From Deltaproteobacteria bacterium (lineage in GTDB: Bacteria; Bdellovibrionota_G; JALEGL01; JAGRMV01): a DNA stretch of 35,262 bases. The position numbers and the translations under genes are program-made. Location of the stretch: assembly GCA_020441045.1 (NCBI GenBank), contig JAGRMV010000002.1:1-35262 (forward strand), written 5' to 3'. Positions 26,357 to 35,132 of this stretch are shown one piece after another. Each line of letters begins with the position of its first letter. The first letter of the stretch is position 1. Under the pieces are notes generated by a model, which was not told the DNA's origin, did not search any database, and saw nothing but the letters and a program-made list of their open reading frames with translations.

Positions 26357-27739
26357 ATGAGCTATGATTCTTCAAAACGTGTCCATGCATCCTATGTCGA
26401 CCCCAGCGGTTACCTAACCGCTGATAACATCAAATTTTACCGTACTATTGTAGAACAGCAGGAGTTTTAAACTGAAAAAATCTTTACATACCCTGTCATC
26501 AAAGACCTGATAAACGGTGGCACACTTGTAGAAACCCAAAGATCAAGCCAACATTCAAACGTCTTAGAGCATGTGAAGATTGATCCACTAAATTATTGCA
26601 CTGAGTGGTGTTTTAGCATGTTACAAGACGCATGCTTACAAACCTTGCGTATTCATTTGGAACTGCTTGCATCTGGATTAGAACTTAAAGACTGTTATCC
26701 ATGGAACATTGTATTCAAGCATACCAATCCAACCTTGGTAGATTTTACTTCGATCACCGCATCAAACCCTAATCGACTATGGGATGCTTACATTCAGTTT
26801 GTCTCCCTCTTTTATAGACCTTTAATTCTAGCTTCTTATGGCAAAAAGAAAATCGCCAGATCCTTACTTCAAAACTTCATAAGCGGTATATCAACCAAAG
26901 ACTTTCTCAATTACCTTCCTGGACGCTATTTGCTATTTCACCCCCTAAAATCATCAAGCGCTTATTTAAGCTTTTTGTTTGAAAAATATGTCGATGCTCA
27001 TCACGATACAAAAAGAAAGATCGTCAAAAAAATCAACCAATCAACAATGACATTTACACAGCAACAGAAAACACTATTTTGTAAAAAACTGATTCGAAAA
27101 ATAGAAAAAATACGCATTTCTACTAGCAATGATTGGAAAAAGTATTACAAAAAGCAAGATATTGAACATGATGTTAGTGCAGATCTCAAAATACAGACAA
27201 TTGATAAAATATGCCAAAAAATAAAATTTCAATCAGCATTAGATATTGGCTGCAATATAGGCCGCTTCTCCATAATCGCTGAAAAATACGCTGAAACTGT
27301 TATTGCGATTGACTCAAGTGAAGATTGTATTGAATCGGTTTATACCTATGCTAACAAACATCAAAAAAATATTCTTCCATTGGTTGTTGATTATGCCAAT
27401 CCACCTGGTGCTTATGGATTCGCCAACCAAACATTTGACGCTTTTTTTTCCCGCATCTCTGCAGATTTAGTTTTATTTTTAGGAATCATGCATCATATTC
27501 ACATCACTTGCAGACAAAGTTTTCAAACTATGATTGAACATTTGGCATCCATTACAAAAAAATATATGATTTTTGAATTCGTTAGTGCGGATGACAAAAA
27601 CAACATGTTAATATCCAATGGGAGAGATATAAATTACTCTAGAGATACCGTACTTACAGAGCTATATAAGTATTTTGACGTTGATACTGTACCGTCTGAT
27701 CGCAGCACACGAGAAATGTTTATATGTACAAAAAAATAG
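26357..27739 (+). pseudogene. Class I SAM-dependent methyltransferase with N-terminal accessory domain, interrupted by one in-frame TAA (26468-26470)
   Basis: ATG 26357 opens 'MSYDSSKRVHASYVDPSGYLTADNIKFYRTIVEQQEF*'. The same frame continues without further stops as 'TEKIFTYPVIKDLINGGTLVETQ...HVKIDPLNYCTEWCFSMLQDA' into ORF 26573-27739. The SAM motif I is 'ALDIGCNIGRFS'. The family-typical N-terminus ('VDPSG...YR', 'PYEWsF..L.DAAL', from memory) straddles the stop. Confidence 0.65.
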
Positions 27740-29385
27740 AACATGTGCTACACTTTTCTTTCGCTTTTGGTTTTTTTGGAATATCAACTATTTTAACTAC
27801 ACTATATTTGCTGCAAGATTATTTATTTTTTTCATCAGGCATCGTTGAGCTTGTCGTTTTCTTATTCCCTTTTTTGCTTATTTTTATTCTACTTGGCTTT
27901 TGGGTACATACTGCTTTCAAAACTCTTAGCGCTTTCCGATGGATTCAAATAGGAATGATTGCTCTCTTTTTTACAGCTTTTATCTGCGCAATTGGGATGA
28001 TGATTTTAGATTTTCTAGTTTCATCTCAGGAAAAACTTTTTTACATCTCTGTAGGATTATTTTTAAGCACTTATATCGTCATCACCTATTTATTACAGCG
28101 TATAGCTGATAAAAACTTTATCCCTGAAGCCATTAAAAAATTATTTGTTCTTTCTTCATTATGTTTGATCGCTGGCACATTACTTTTTTTTCTCCCCCCA
28201 CCTTTTTCAACAACTACAAACGAAAAATCTAATATTATTGTACTTGTTTTAGATGGACTAAGTCAGAACATCACATACCCATACAATCAAGATCTACAAG
28301 AGCAGGCGGCATACAACTATCTCAACACAAAGGGAGTTACATTTTATCAGGCCATGACGAATGCAGTATATACGCATGGTTTTTTTTCACTTTTTTACTG
28401 TGGTCATATCAAAGGGAATTGTAACGAAACCAACCTTCTCAACCACTTTAGTCAACAAGGATACAGAATTATCACAAGCACCTTCCACCAAAATGGACTT
28501 CCTGAGAGCAACCGAATTCATAACTACCCAGGACTAAAATCTAAATATATTTCACAACATATGATTAAGCACATCAGTTGGTCACTTCGACGTAATTTCC
28601 ATATTTTTCGCTACCTCCCAACTCCCAATAGTGCCCGCGTAAAAAAATTTGAAGCGACACTTATGAGTGCCATTAATCCTGAATCGATCATTAACTTACA
28701 AGAGGACCTTCCATTTTTACTTGAAAAAAATCAAAGCAATTCATTCTTTCTTCTGTACCACACAACTCGTTTTGGAGATGGATATACTGTTCGAATGCGT
28801 GACTCGCTATGGGACAACGAAAATGGAACAATTCGGAGCACCCGAAAATACGATGTCAATAATCCCGAGGATATCAGTTATATTGAGATGCTAAAAAAAC
28901 GTGACATTACAAATAACCAGATATTTTCTCAAACAGAACTTATGCCTTTTTTGGAATGGTTTGAAAAAAGCCCCTATCGAGAAAACACATATCTTATCGT
29001 TACTAGTGATCACGGAAGCACGTATTCTAATGGCAACTTGTGGTATGGCTATAATGTTGAGGAAGATACAGTACGTGTACCTTTTTTTGTTTTGCCGCCC
29101 AAAGGCATGGAGATTACAAAAAAAGACCCATTGATCAGTTCTATTTCGTTTCACGATGCATTGATGCAGTTTGCTGAATATGGGGGGCTATCATTCCCAT
29201 TGATTAAAAGAACCGTGGGTATTTCTCAAAAGCTGAAAATATTTACATACGATGATATAAAAAAATCATTCAAAAAACATGATATTCGATCTGTCGAAAC
29301 GCTTTCAATGCTTTGCTCTGAACCTGATTATATATCGACTTTTAGTCATATCAATCCATCATCTAAACAATTACAGTGCCGGTGA
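27724..29385 (+). CDS. Membrane-anchored sulfatase/alkaline-phosphatase-superfamily transferase (LtaS/EptA-like architecture)
   Basis: 553 aa with about 5 N-terminal TM segments, then a soluble domain. That domain has 'NIIVLVLDGLSQ' (metal-binding Asp), 'AVYTHGFFSLFYCG' (candidate Thr nucleophile) and 'LIVTSDHGS'. It overlaps the methyltransferase end by 16 nt. Confidence 0.7.
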   Translation: MYKKIEHVLHFSFAFGFFGISTILTTLYLLQDYLFFSSGIVELVVFLFPFLLIFILLGFWVHTAFKTLSAFRWIQIGMIALFFTAFICAIGMMILDFLVSSQEKLFYISVGLFLSTYIVITYLLQRIADKNFIPEAIKKLFVLSSLCLIAGTLLFFLPPPFSTTTNEKSNIIVLVLDGLSQNITYPYNQDLQEQAAYNYLNTKGVTFYQAMTNAVYTHGFFSLFYCGHIKGNCNETNLLNHFSQQGYRIITSTFHQNGLPESNRIHNYPGLKSKYISQHMIKHISWSLRRNFHIFRYLPTPNSARVKKFEATLMSAINPESIINLQEDLPFLLEKNQSNSFFLLYHTTRFGDGYTVRMRDSLWDNENGTIRSTRKYDVNNPEDISYIEMLKKRDITNNQIFSQTELMPFLEWFEKSPYRENTYLIVTSDHGSTYSNGNLWYGYNVEEDTVRVPFFVLPPKGMEITKKDPLISSISFHDALMQFAEYGGLSFPLIKRTVGISQKLKIFTYDDIKKSFKKHDIRSVETLSMLCSEPDYISTFSHINPSSKQLQCR

Positions 29386-29390
29386 CACCG

Positions 29391-29837
29391 TCAACAAACG
29401 TACTCTATTTCAATATTTTTTTTACTTACGATAGATGAGATCTCATAGCATTTTTCTTTTGCAATGAGAGAAACAACTCTGTCTGGGTTATAAAAATATA
29501 TCTGCTTTTTTAGTGTAGAACCAAAAAAAACCTTTGCAAGCACTCGGCTTATTTTACCTGATAAAGATATTTTTGATGATAATAAGTGTACAATATGAAA
29601 AACAAAATAAAAATACTCATGTATTCTAATCCCCCTATACTCTGACAGTAACACTGACATAAAACTGCCATGCTTTTTATTCCACATTTTTTGCCACTCT
29701 TGATCAAGGGGATAAATACTGTCAACAATCGATGCAGAAGCATCTAATACTTTTTTTGTAAGTTCAAAAGCCTCTTGTTTACCACCGGAAGGGACAAGTA
29801 AAAGTATGGATTCATTTTGTTTTTTTTCCTTCGGCAC
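29391..29837 (-). CDS. Hypothetical protein (148 aa), in the same frame as the upstream gene and separated from it by TAA plus 2 codons
   Basis: It has a GTG start with no SD. Its N-terminus 'SILLLVPSGGKQEAFEL' faintly echoes the N-terminus of the 499-aa protein ('KVLVFSPYGHLQHNFHEL'). Coding status is uncertain. Confidence 0.3.
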   Translation of the reverse strand: MPKEKKQNESILLLVPSGGKQEAFELTKKVLDASASIVDSIYPLDQEWQKMWNKKHGSFMSVLLSEYRGIRIHEYFYFVFHIVHLLSSKISLSGKISRVLAKVFFGSTLKKQIYFYNPDRVVSLIAKEKCYEISSIVSKKNIEIEYVC

Positions 29838-29843
29838 CTGACA

Positions 29844-31343
29844 TTAACGCTGCACATATACATACTCTACCTCTGCTGAATTTTCACCAAGCGTCTCCGA
29901 TAAAATATTAGGTATATCCCCCTTACACATATCTTGATAGACTTTCTCCACCAAAGGATCTTGATAAATTTTAGCTTTATAGTCTTCAGGCAAAAATGGC
30001 ACCATCGTACCAAAAATATGATTGATCTGAAATGGCATTGACCAACAAGATAGATATACATTCATAAACCGATAAAATTGAATTTTCATATCCACTGAAA
30101 AATCAAGTCGAAGAAGTTCATCTAATTTTTTTTCATATTCGGATTCATTTTGAATTTGCAGAACAAACTCTGTATTGTAATACGCAGTTGGGCGTACCAT
30201 CAACAATGGCTTATTTTTATATAGAAATTCTAATGATGCTGTCGAACCAGCTGAAATAGCATTGTCACAAAGATAATTAAGCCATGATGTTTTAAGCTTA
30301 TCTTCAGGCTCAATAAAAAGCACATTACTTGGCAGTCCTTCCTCTTTTTTGGCCTTAATGTAGTCAAAAGCCTCTTGTTCACGGCCTAATTCATTAGAGA
30401 GATTGGGGTGAAATCGAACAATGCACAAGTGATCTGGTTTTTTTTCAAAATACGCAATGGTGCGATCGATCCAATCATATTGTGATGGAAATTTATGCTT
30501 GTAATAATCTATATTGGAATGTTCGTCTTCAGAAGAAGTCAAAACGAGTGTTTTTTGTACATACTTCTGACTTAATGTAGAGAGCTCTTCCCATCTTGCA
30601 TCTTGTGACTTGCCGACAAAATGATTACCTAGTGTCCTATTTTTACCCTGTTCTAAACTATGAAAAAATCTTTGGATATATTGAATTCTATCAACTGTCA
30701 GGGGATGAAGTTTATAGGTTTTATACAACTCTTCAATATGATCATACGCATGAATTTTTTGATTCATATTGAACATAATCGTATTTTTTTCAATCCCCTG
30801 CTCTAATACATACGTACGGATACCTTTTCTTTGCGCAATATTTAATATCGTCTGAAAAGGGGACATACGGCCATTGAATGTTAAAATCAAATCAGGCGTG
30901 TATGATTCTATATAGTTATATAAGGCATTAATGGTCTGCATGCACGCCAAGAAGGTTTTTTTATATTGTTGCATATGTTGTGGACTAGAAAAATCGATCT
31001 TGGTAATCCGTAACATTGTAAACACCGATGACTCTATACAGTCATGCACAGATATATCTTTATAGGAAAAATCTACATATTCATCACGCCCAGATAAATC
31101 TGGCATGACAACTTTTTCGGCATATCGTTCCATATAGTCATATCTGACATCAAACCAACTTTGATTGATTTTTTTTTGTACTATACATCGACGACAACGC
31201 TTTTGCAGATCACATGTAGCAAGATACCCCCCGCATGTTAAATATTTCACTTGATGCTGATTCGAAGAAAATTTTTCTCCTAAAACCAATTCGTGAAAAT
31301 TATGTTGTAAATGACCGTAGGGACTAAAAACCAAAACTTTCAT
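29844..31343 (-). CDS. Putative capsule-polysaccharide-biosynthesis-type transferase (KpsS/KpsC 'Capsule_synth'-like), Cys-rich N-terminus
   Basis: This 499 aa ORF has no competing frame. 'IVRFHPNL' and the overall alternating pattern resemble Capsule_synth/GT-B-like proteins, from memory only. A C-x6-C-x5-C-x2-C cluster lies at residues 37-53. Confidence 0.4.
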   Translation of the reverse strand: MKVLVFSPYGHLQHNFHELVLGEKFSSNQHQVKYLTCGGYLATCDLQKRCRRCIVQKKINQSWFDVRYDYMERYAEKVVMPDLSGRDEYVDFSYKDISVHDCIESSVFTMLRITKIDFSSPQHMQQYKKTFLACMQTINALYNYIESYTPDLILTFNGRMSPFQTILNIAQRKGIRTYVLEQGIEKNTIMFNMNQKIHAYDHIEELYKTYKLHPLTVDRIQYIQRFFHSLEQGKNRTLGNHFVGKSQDARWEELSTLSQKYVQKTLVLTSSEDEHSNIDYYKHKFPSQYDWIDRTIAYFEKKPDHLCIVRFHPNLSNELGREQEAFDYIKAKKEEGLPSNVLFIEPEDKLKTSWLNYLCDNAISAGSTASLEFLYKNKPLLMVRPTAYYNTEFVLQIQNESEYEKKLDELLRLDFSVDMKIQFYRFMNVYLSCWSMPFQINHIFGTMVPFLPEDYKAKIYQDPLVEKVYQDMCKGDIPNILSETLGENSAEVEYVYVQR

Positions 31344-31483
31344 GATACGGAACTTTGGTTATTGTTTTTCATGCCCAGGTAGTATACTCCAAGTGCAAAC
31401 CTTATTGAAAAAATAATATTCAAAAAAACCACAAACATCTAACACAATCTTTTCCCAAAACATCTCTCATATATGATTATAGA

Positions 31484-32620
31484 TTACTGCAGTATTCGCA
31501 CCACCTGTTCGGCCATTTTTTGCAAACATTGATCGTTAGAGTGGTGACTGTCATTAAATTCGGTTTGCTCACAATTCACATAAGCAGGATTTATAATGGA
31601 TAAATATTTTACATTTTCATCATCTGAAAGCTGTTTTAAAGCCTGATCCATTTGATCTAGAAGCTGTGCAATTTTCGGGTCTGACTGAAGTATTTGATAC
31701 GTCTCTGGGTGATATGGTGGGCGAACCAGTAAAATATTTGCGGTCAAATTCTTATATTTTTGCACAAGTTTTTTGAGTCGTTTGATAACGTCACGGTCTA
31801 ATTCATTCCAATTAGACATCTGATGCATATTACGAGCAAGATAGCTTTCAGCAATCTGCAGTTTTTCCTCAGGGGATGGTAAGTGTTGTTGACAGTTTTC
31901 AAAGTGACCATCATAATCTCTTATATAAATATCTTTGATATCATTATCAACAAAGCGATTTATTTGATCTGGCTCACAAAAATCTGATATCCGCATATTA
32001 ACAAGTCGAGGGACTTGTATCTGAGTAACCCCATTTGATTGAATTACATAGCGTAATGTTTCTTTGGTCGTTACATAAGACAATAAGTCTTTAAAGCGAA
32101 TCCATTTTTTTTTCATCCACAGCCACTGCTGCAGAAAAGATCGATGTTCATATTGGTATTCAGTATATTCATCCAAAAGAGATTGCCATCGTTCTGATTT
32201 TTGGTTTTTATTTAAAAACCATGGATCCAAACCAATCACGATATTTTCAGGAGTACATTGTTTTTTCTCAAGCAAGACATAAAGTGCTTCTAAATCCTCT
32301 ATGCTGGCTCCGCTAAACCACATATTGAGCATAGATTGCAAAAAAAATGTTTGTTTTAAACCACCAACGGTACTACTCCCCATAATCATGAGCTTTGGGC
32401 AAGTCGAGGCAGATTGTAACCTTCCTTTTACCCACAAGCGTTGGTCAAAAGCCCTATCAGATACCAAAATTTGATTGGGTATTTGCTGCGCAGCTAGCTT
32501 CAATACAATACCCTGGGTTTTAGTTCCCGCAATGTCAATTTTGGCATTCATCGAAATAATCAATAAGAGACTCCCAGCAAGGGCCATGCAAAAAATCATA
32601 AATTGCCTTTTATTGTTCAT
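31484..32620 (-). CDS. Periplasmic SGNH-like O-acyltransferase partner of MBOAT (AlgJ/AlgX / DUF1574-like), paralogue 1
   Basis: The preferred start ATG 32620 ('MNNKRQFMIFCMALAGSLLLIISMNA', a signal anchor) lies 5 nt after the MBOAT stop. It has block I-like 'IMGSSTVG' and a DxxH-like 'FNDSHHS'. 'IVIGLDPWFLNKNQKSERWQSL' aligns with paralogue 2 'IVILIDPWALNQNNQRMAWKSI'. Confidence 0.6.
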   Translation of the reverse strand: MNNKRQFMIFCMALAGSLLLIISMNAKIDIAGTKTQGIVLKLAAQQIPNQILVSDRAFDQRLWVKGRLQSASTCPKLMIMGSSTVGGLKQTFFLQSMLNMWFSGASIEDLEALYVLLEKKQCTPENIVIGLDPWFLNKNQKSERWQSLLDEYTEYQYEHRSFLQQWLWMKKKWIRFKDLLSYVTTKETLRYVIQSNGVTQIQVPRLVNMRISDFCEPDQINRFVDNDIKDIYIRDYDGHFENCQQHLPSPEEKLQIAESYLARNMHQMSNWNELDRDVIKRLKKLVQKYKNLTANILLVRPPYHPETYQILQSDPKIAQLLDQMDQALKQLSDDENVKYLSIINPAYVNCEQTEFNDSHHSNDQCLQKMAEQVVRILQ

Positions 32621-32625
32621 TATCG

Positions 32626-34026
32626 TCAAAATTGAAAATATAAAAACCTTGAAGAATAGTTCATCAACAGTACACAAACAGCAGCAACCACCCCCAGGCC
32701 TGCGCTTTGATACATTGTAAGCTCTTTCCACTGAATATCAGCAGTATTTTTTCTAGTAAATACAATCCACATAGCAAGCAATACCATAAACAACAGTTGT
32801 GGTGTTAACAGCAACCAATCCCCTAGTACTCCATTAAACATCAACAAAGCTTTAAACCAGTATAGTGCAAGCTCGAATGTCCCAGCTCGAAAAAATACCC
32901 ATCCAAAACAAATGAAAATGAACGTAATCCCAATCTGTATATTTTCAGACAAAGCATCCCACTGTCGTTTATTGTAGTGATAGATAACCAACAAAACGCC
33001 ATGATATATACCCCAGAGCAAAAAATTCCAAGAAGCACCATGCCAAAGCCCACCCAGCATCATGGTTAACATGAGATTGATTCTTTGGCGCTTCGCGCTA
33101 CATTGATTCCCACCAAGTGGAATATATAAATAGTCTCGAAGCCACATACTCAGAGTGATATGCCACCTTTTCCAAAAATCACTGGGAGAAAGGGCTTTAT
33201 AAGGGCTGTTAAAATTTTTCGGAAGCTCGATATTCATCAGTCGCCCCAACCCAATTGCCATGTCAGTATAGCCACTAAAATCGAAATAAATTTGCATGGC
33301 ATAGCCAATAACCGCTAACCACGCCTCAAAAAAACCACAGAACATCATATTATCGATGATCGGATCAATGATGTTCGCAATTCGATCTGCGATCAAAATT
33401 TTTTTAGCAAGTCCCGCAACAAAGAGAAAAATTCCTTCGCGCCACCTAGGATTGATGCCTTCAAGTGCAATACGTTTAATTTGTGGGATCAGCTGGTTGT
33501 GCCGCGTTAATGGACCTGCAACCAAGTGAGGAAAAAATGAGACAAAGGCGAAGTAAGCAAAATAGTCTTTTTCTTTTTTGCCATGTCCACGGTATACATC
33601 CATCGTATAAGAAATTGTCTGAAATGTATAAAATGAAATACCTGCAGGCAAGATCACTTTCCAGGCTTCAAAAATATGTGACGAATGATTTATATCAATT
33701 ACGTCAAGTAGCTGTGACAAGGATTGGAGAATCAAACCTGAGTATTTAAAATATCCTAAAAGACTAAGGTTTGCGACCAGGGAAAGGATTAAAAAGAACC
33801 TTTTTTTAGCTGGTGTGATGGCAGTAAAAATTTTATTTCCTACCCAAAAATCCAAAGTTGCAGACAAGATCATTGGCAATAAAAACCAGGTATGACCTGC
33901 ATAGGCATAAAACACAATACTTGTAATACAAATCCAACCTGTAAGCCATTTACCCTGCAGCTGTAGTGCCACTATAAGCACCACTGGCATGAACAGAAGC
34001 AAAAATTCTAAGGAGTTAAAAAGCAT
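32626..34026 (-). CDS. algI: Membrane-bound O-acyltransferase (MBOAT; AlgI/DltB/PatA family)
   Basis: 466 aa with the N-terminus 'MLFNSLEFLLLF' and many TM segments. The catalytic-His block is 'WKRWHITLSMWLRDYLYIPLGGN', followed by 'GGLWHGASWNF'. Confidence 0.9.
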   Translation of the reverse strand: MLFNSLEFLLLFMPVVLIVALQLQGKWLTGWICITSIVFYAYAGHTWFLLPMILSATLDFWVGNKIFTAITPAKKRFFLILSLVANLSLLGYFKYSGLILQSLSQLLDVIDINHSSHIFEAWKVILPAGISFYTFQTISYTMDVYRGHGKKEKDYFAYFAFVSFFPHLVAGPLTRHNQLIPQIKRIALEGINPRWREGIFLFVAGLAKKILIADRIANIIDPIIDNMMFCGFFEAWLAVIGYAMQIYFDFSGYTDMAIGLGRLMNIELPKNFNSPYKALSPSDFWKRWHITLSMWLRDYLYIPLGGNQCSAKRQRINLMLTMMLGGLWHGASWNFLLWGIYHGVLLVIYHYNKRQWDALSENIQIGITFIFICFGWVFFRAGTFELALYWFKALLMFNGVLGDWLLLTPQLLFMVLLAMWIVFTRKNTADIQWKELTMYQSAGLGVVAAVCVLLMNYSSRFLYFQF

Positions 34027-34038
34027 AATTTATGTAGC

Positions 34039-35091
34039 CTAGGTTTTGGGTTTCTTTCTATCAATGCATTGATGCAGTATTTTCTGTAAGCAAGTTTTTC
34101 GATAATGCATACCATCAATAAACTCCAAACGCTGACATCCAACATCTTGTGGGTTGATATAATTACACAATGTAAATTTCTGGTTTTTTCTCGCTTCAAC
34201 TGCCTGTTCAATAAAACGTATAAACTCTTGTAATGCTTCATCATAGACTTTGGTTTGTTGAAAAAAATCTAATACTTTCTTTTCATAGGGTGGTAGCACC
34301 ACAAACACTTCTATTTTTCTATTTACAAAATCATCAAACAGACGCAACAAACCATCAGCGACGATGTGGTCAAACTTCCAATTACACATAGAAAATACAC
34401 AGCCCTGTATATACTCGTCCACTCTTTGATCTAACTCTTGTATCGTAAGTTGGCGTGTAAATGACAATGGATATATATAACCTCCGTCTCCACGCTTGCC
34501 TTGCATTGTAGGTTGCACCTGGTCCAATGGCAAAATTTGCATCTGCTGTGTACCAAAATCTTGAATCACCGGAAGGCTAGAAGAGGGTTGAAAGACATCA
34601 CCACTTAAGTAATCTCGATATAATGATGCGATTGATTTCCAGGCCATTCTTTGATTGTTTTGATTTAAGGCCCACGGATCAATCAATATCACAATAGTCG
34701 ATGGCACCTTATCGTAAACAACCACCTGTTGCCAAATGGCCATAAAATCTTTGACGATGGCTGCTGACATAGCGGCATTATAAATCGTTATTCCCATTGC
34801 AAAATCACTTTGATTTGCTTCAATGATACGCGAACTTCCGAAAATCAAAACATCTGGGGTTTCAATTAACCTAATATGAGACGTTACAAATAACCTCTCA
34901 TTTAATTGATTATCTGTAATCCATACATGATCTGAGGGCCAGGCTAACACCTTCAAATTTGCATCTGGTGCTTTTCTATACTCTATTGAAGGTGCTACTT
35001 GTGAACGCTCACAGGCAAGTAGGAAGATAAGAAAAACGCCAATGCAGCAACTTATACCTAGAGTTTGTTTGTATTTTTTGGTCAATATCAT
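34039..35091 (-). CDS. Periplasmic SGNH-like O-acyltransferase partner (AlgJ/DUF1574-like), paralogue 2, probable lipoprotein
   Basis: 350 aa with the lipobox 'FLLAC', block I-like 'LIFGSSRI' and DxxH-like 'FIDGMHY'. It is paralogous to 31484-32620. Confidence 0.6.
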   Translation of the reverse strand: MILTKKYKQTLGISCCIGVFLIFLLACERSQVAPSIEYRKAPDANLKVLAWPSDHVWITDNQLNERLFVTSHIRLIETPDVLIFGSSRIIEANQSDFAMGITIYNAAMSAAIVKDFMAIWQQVVVYDKVPSTIVILIDPWALNQNNQRMAWKSIASLYRDYLSGDVFQPSSSLPVIQDFGTQQMQILPLDQVQPTMQGKRGDGGYIYPLSFTRQLTIQELDQRVDEYIQGCVFSMCNWKFDHIVADGLLRLFDDFVNRKIEVFVVLPPYEKKVLDFFQQTKVYDEALQEFIRFIEQAVEARKNQKFTLCNYINPQDVGCQRLEFIDGMHYRKTCLQKILHQCIDRKKPKT

Positions 35092-35132
35092 GTAAAATAC
35101 GAATGTAATTCATTCTACACGAGAGCAAACAA

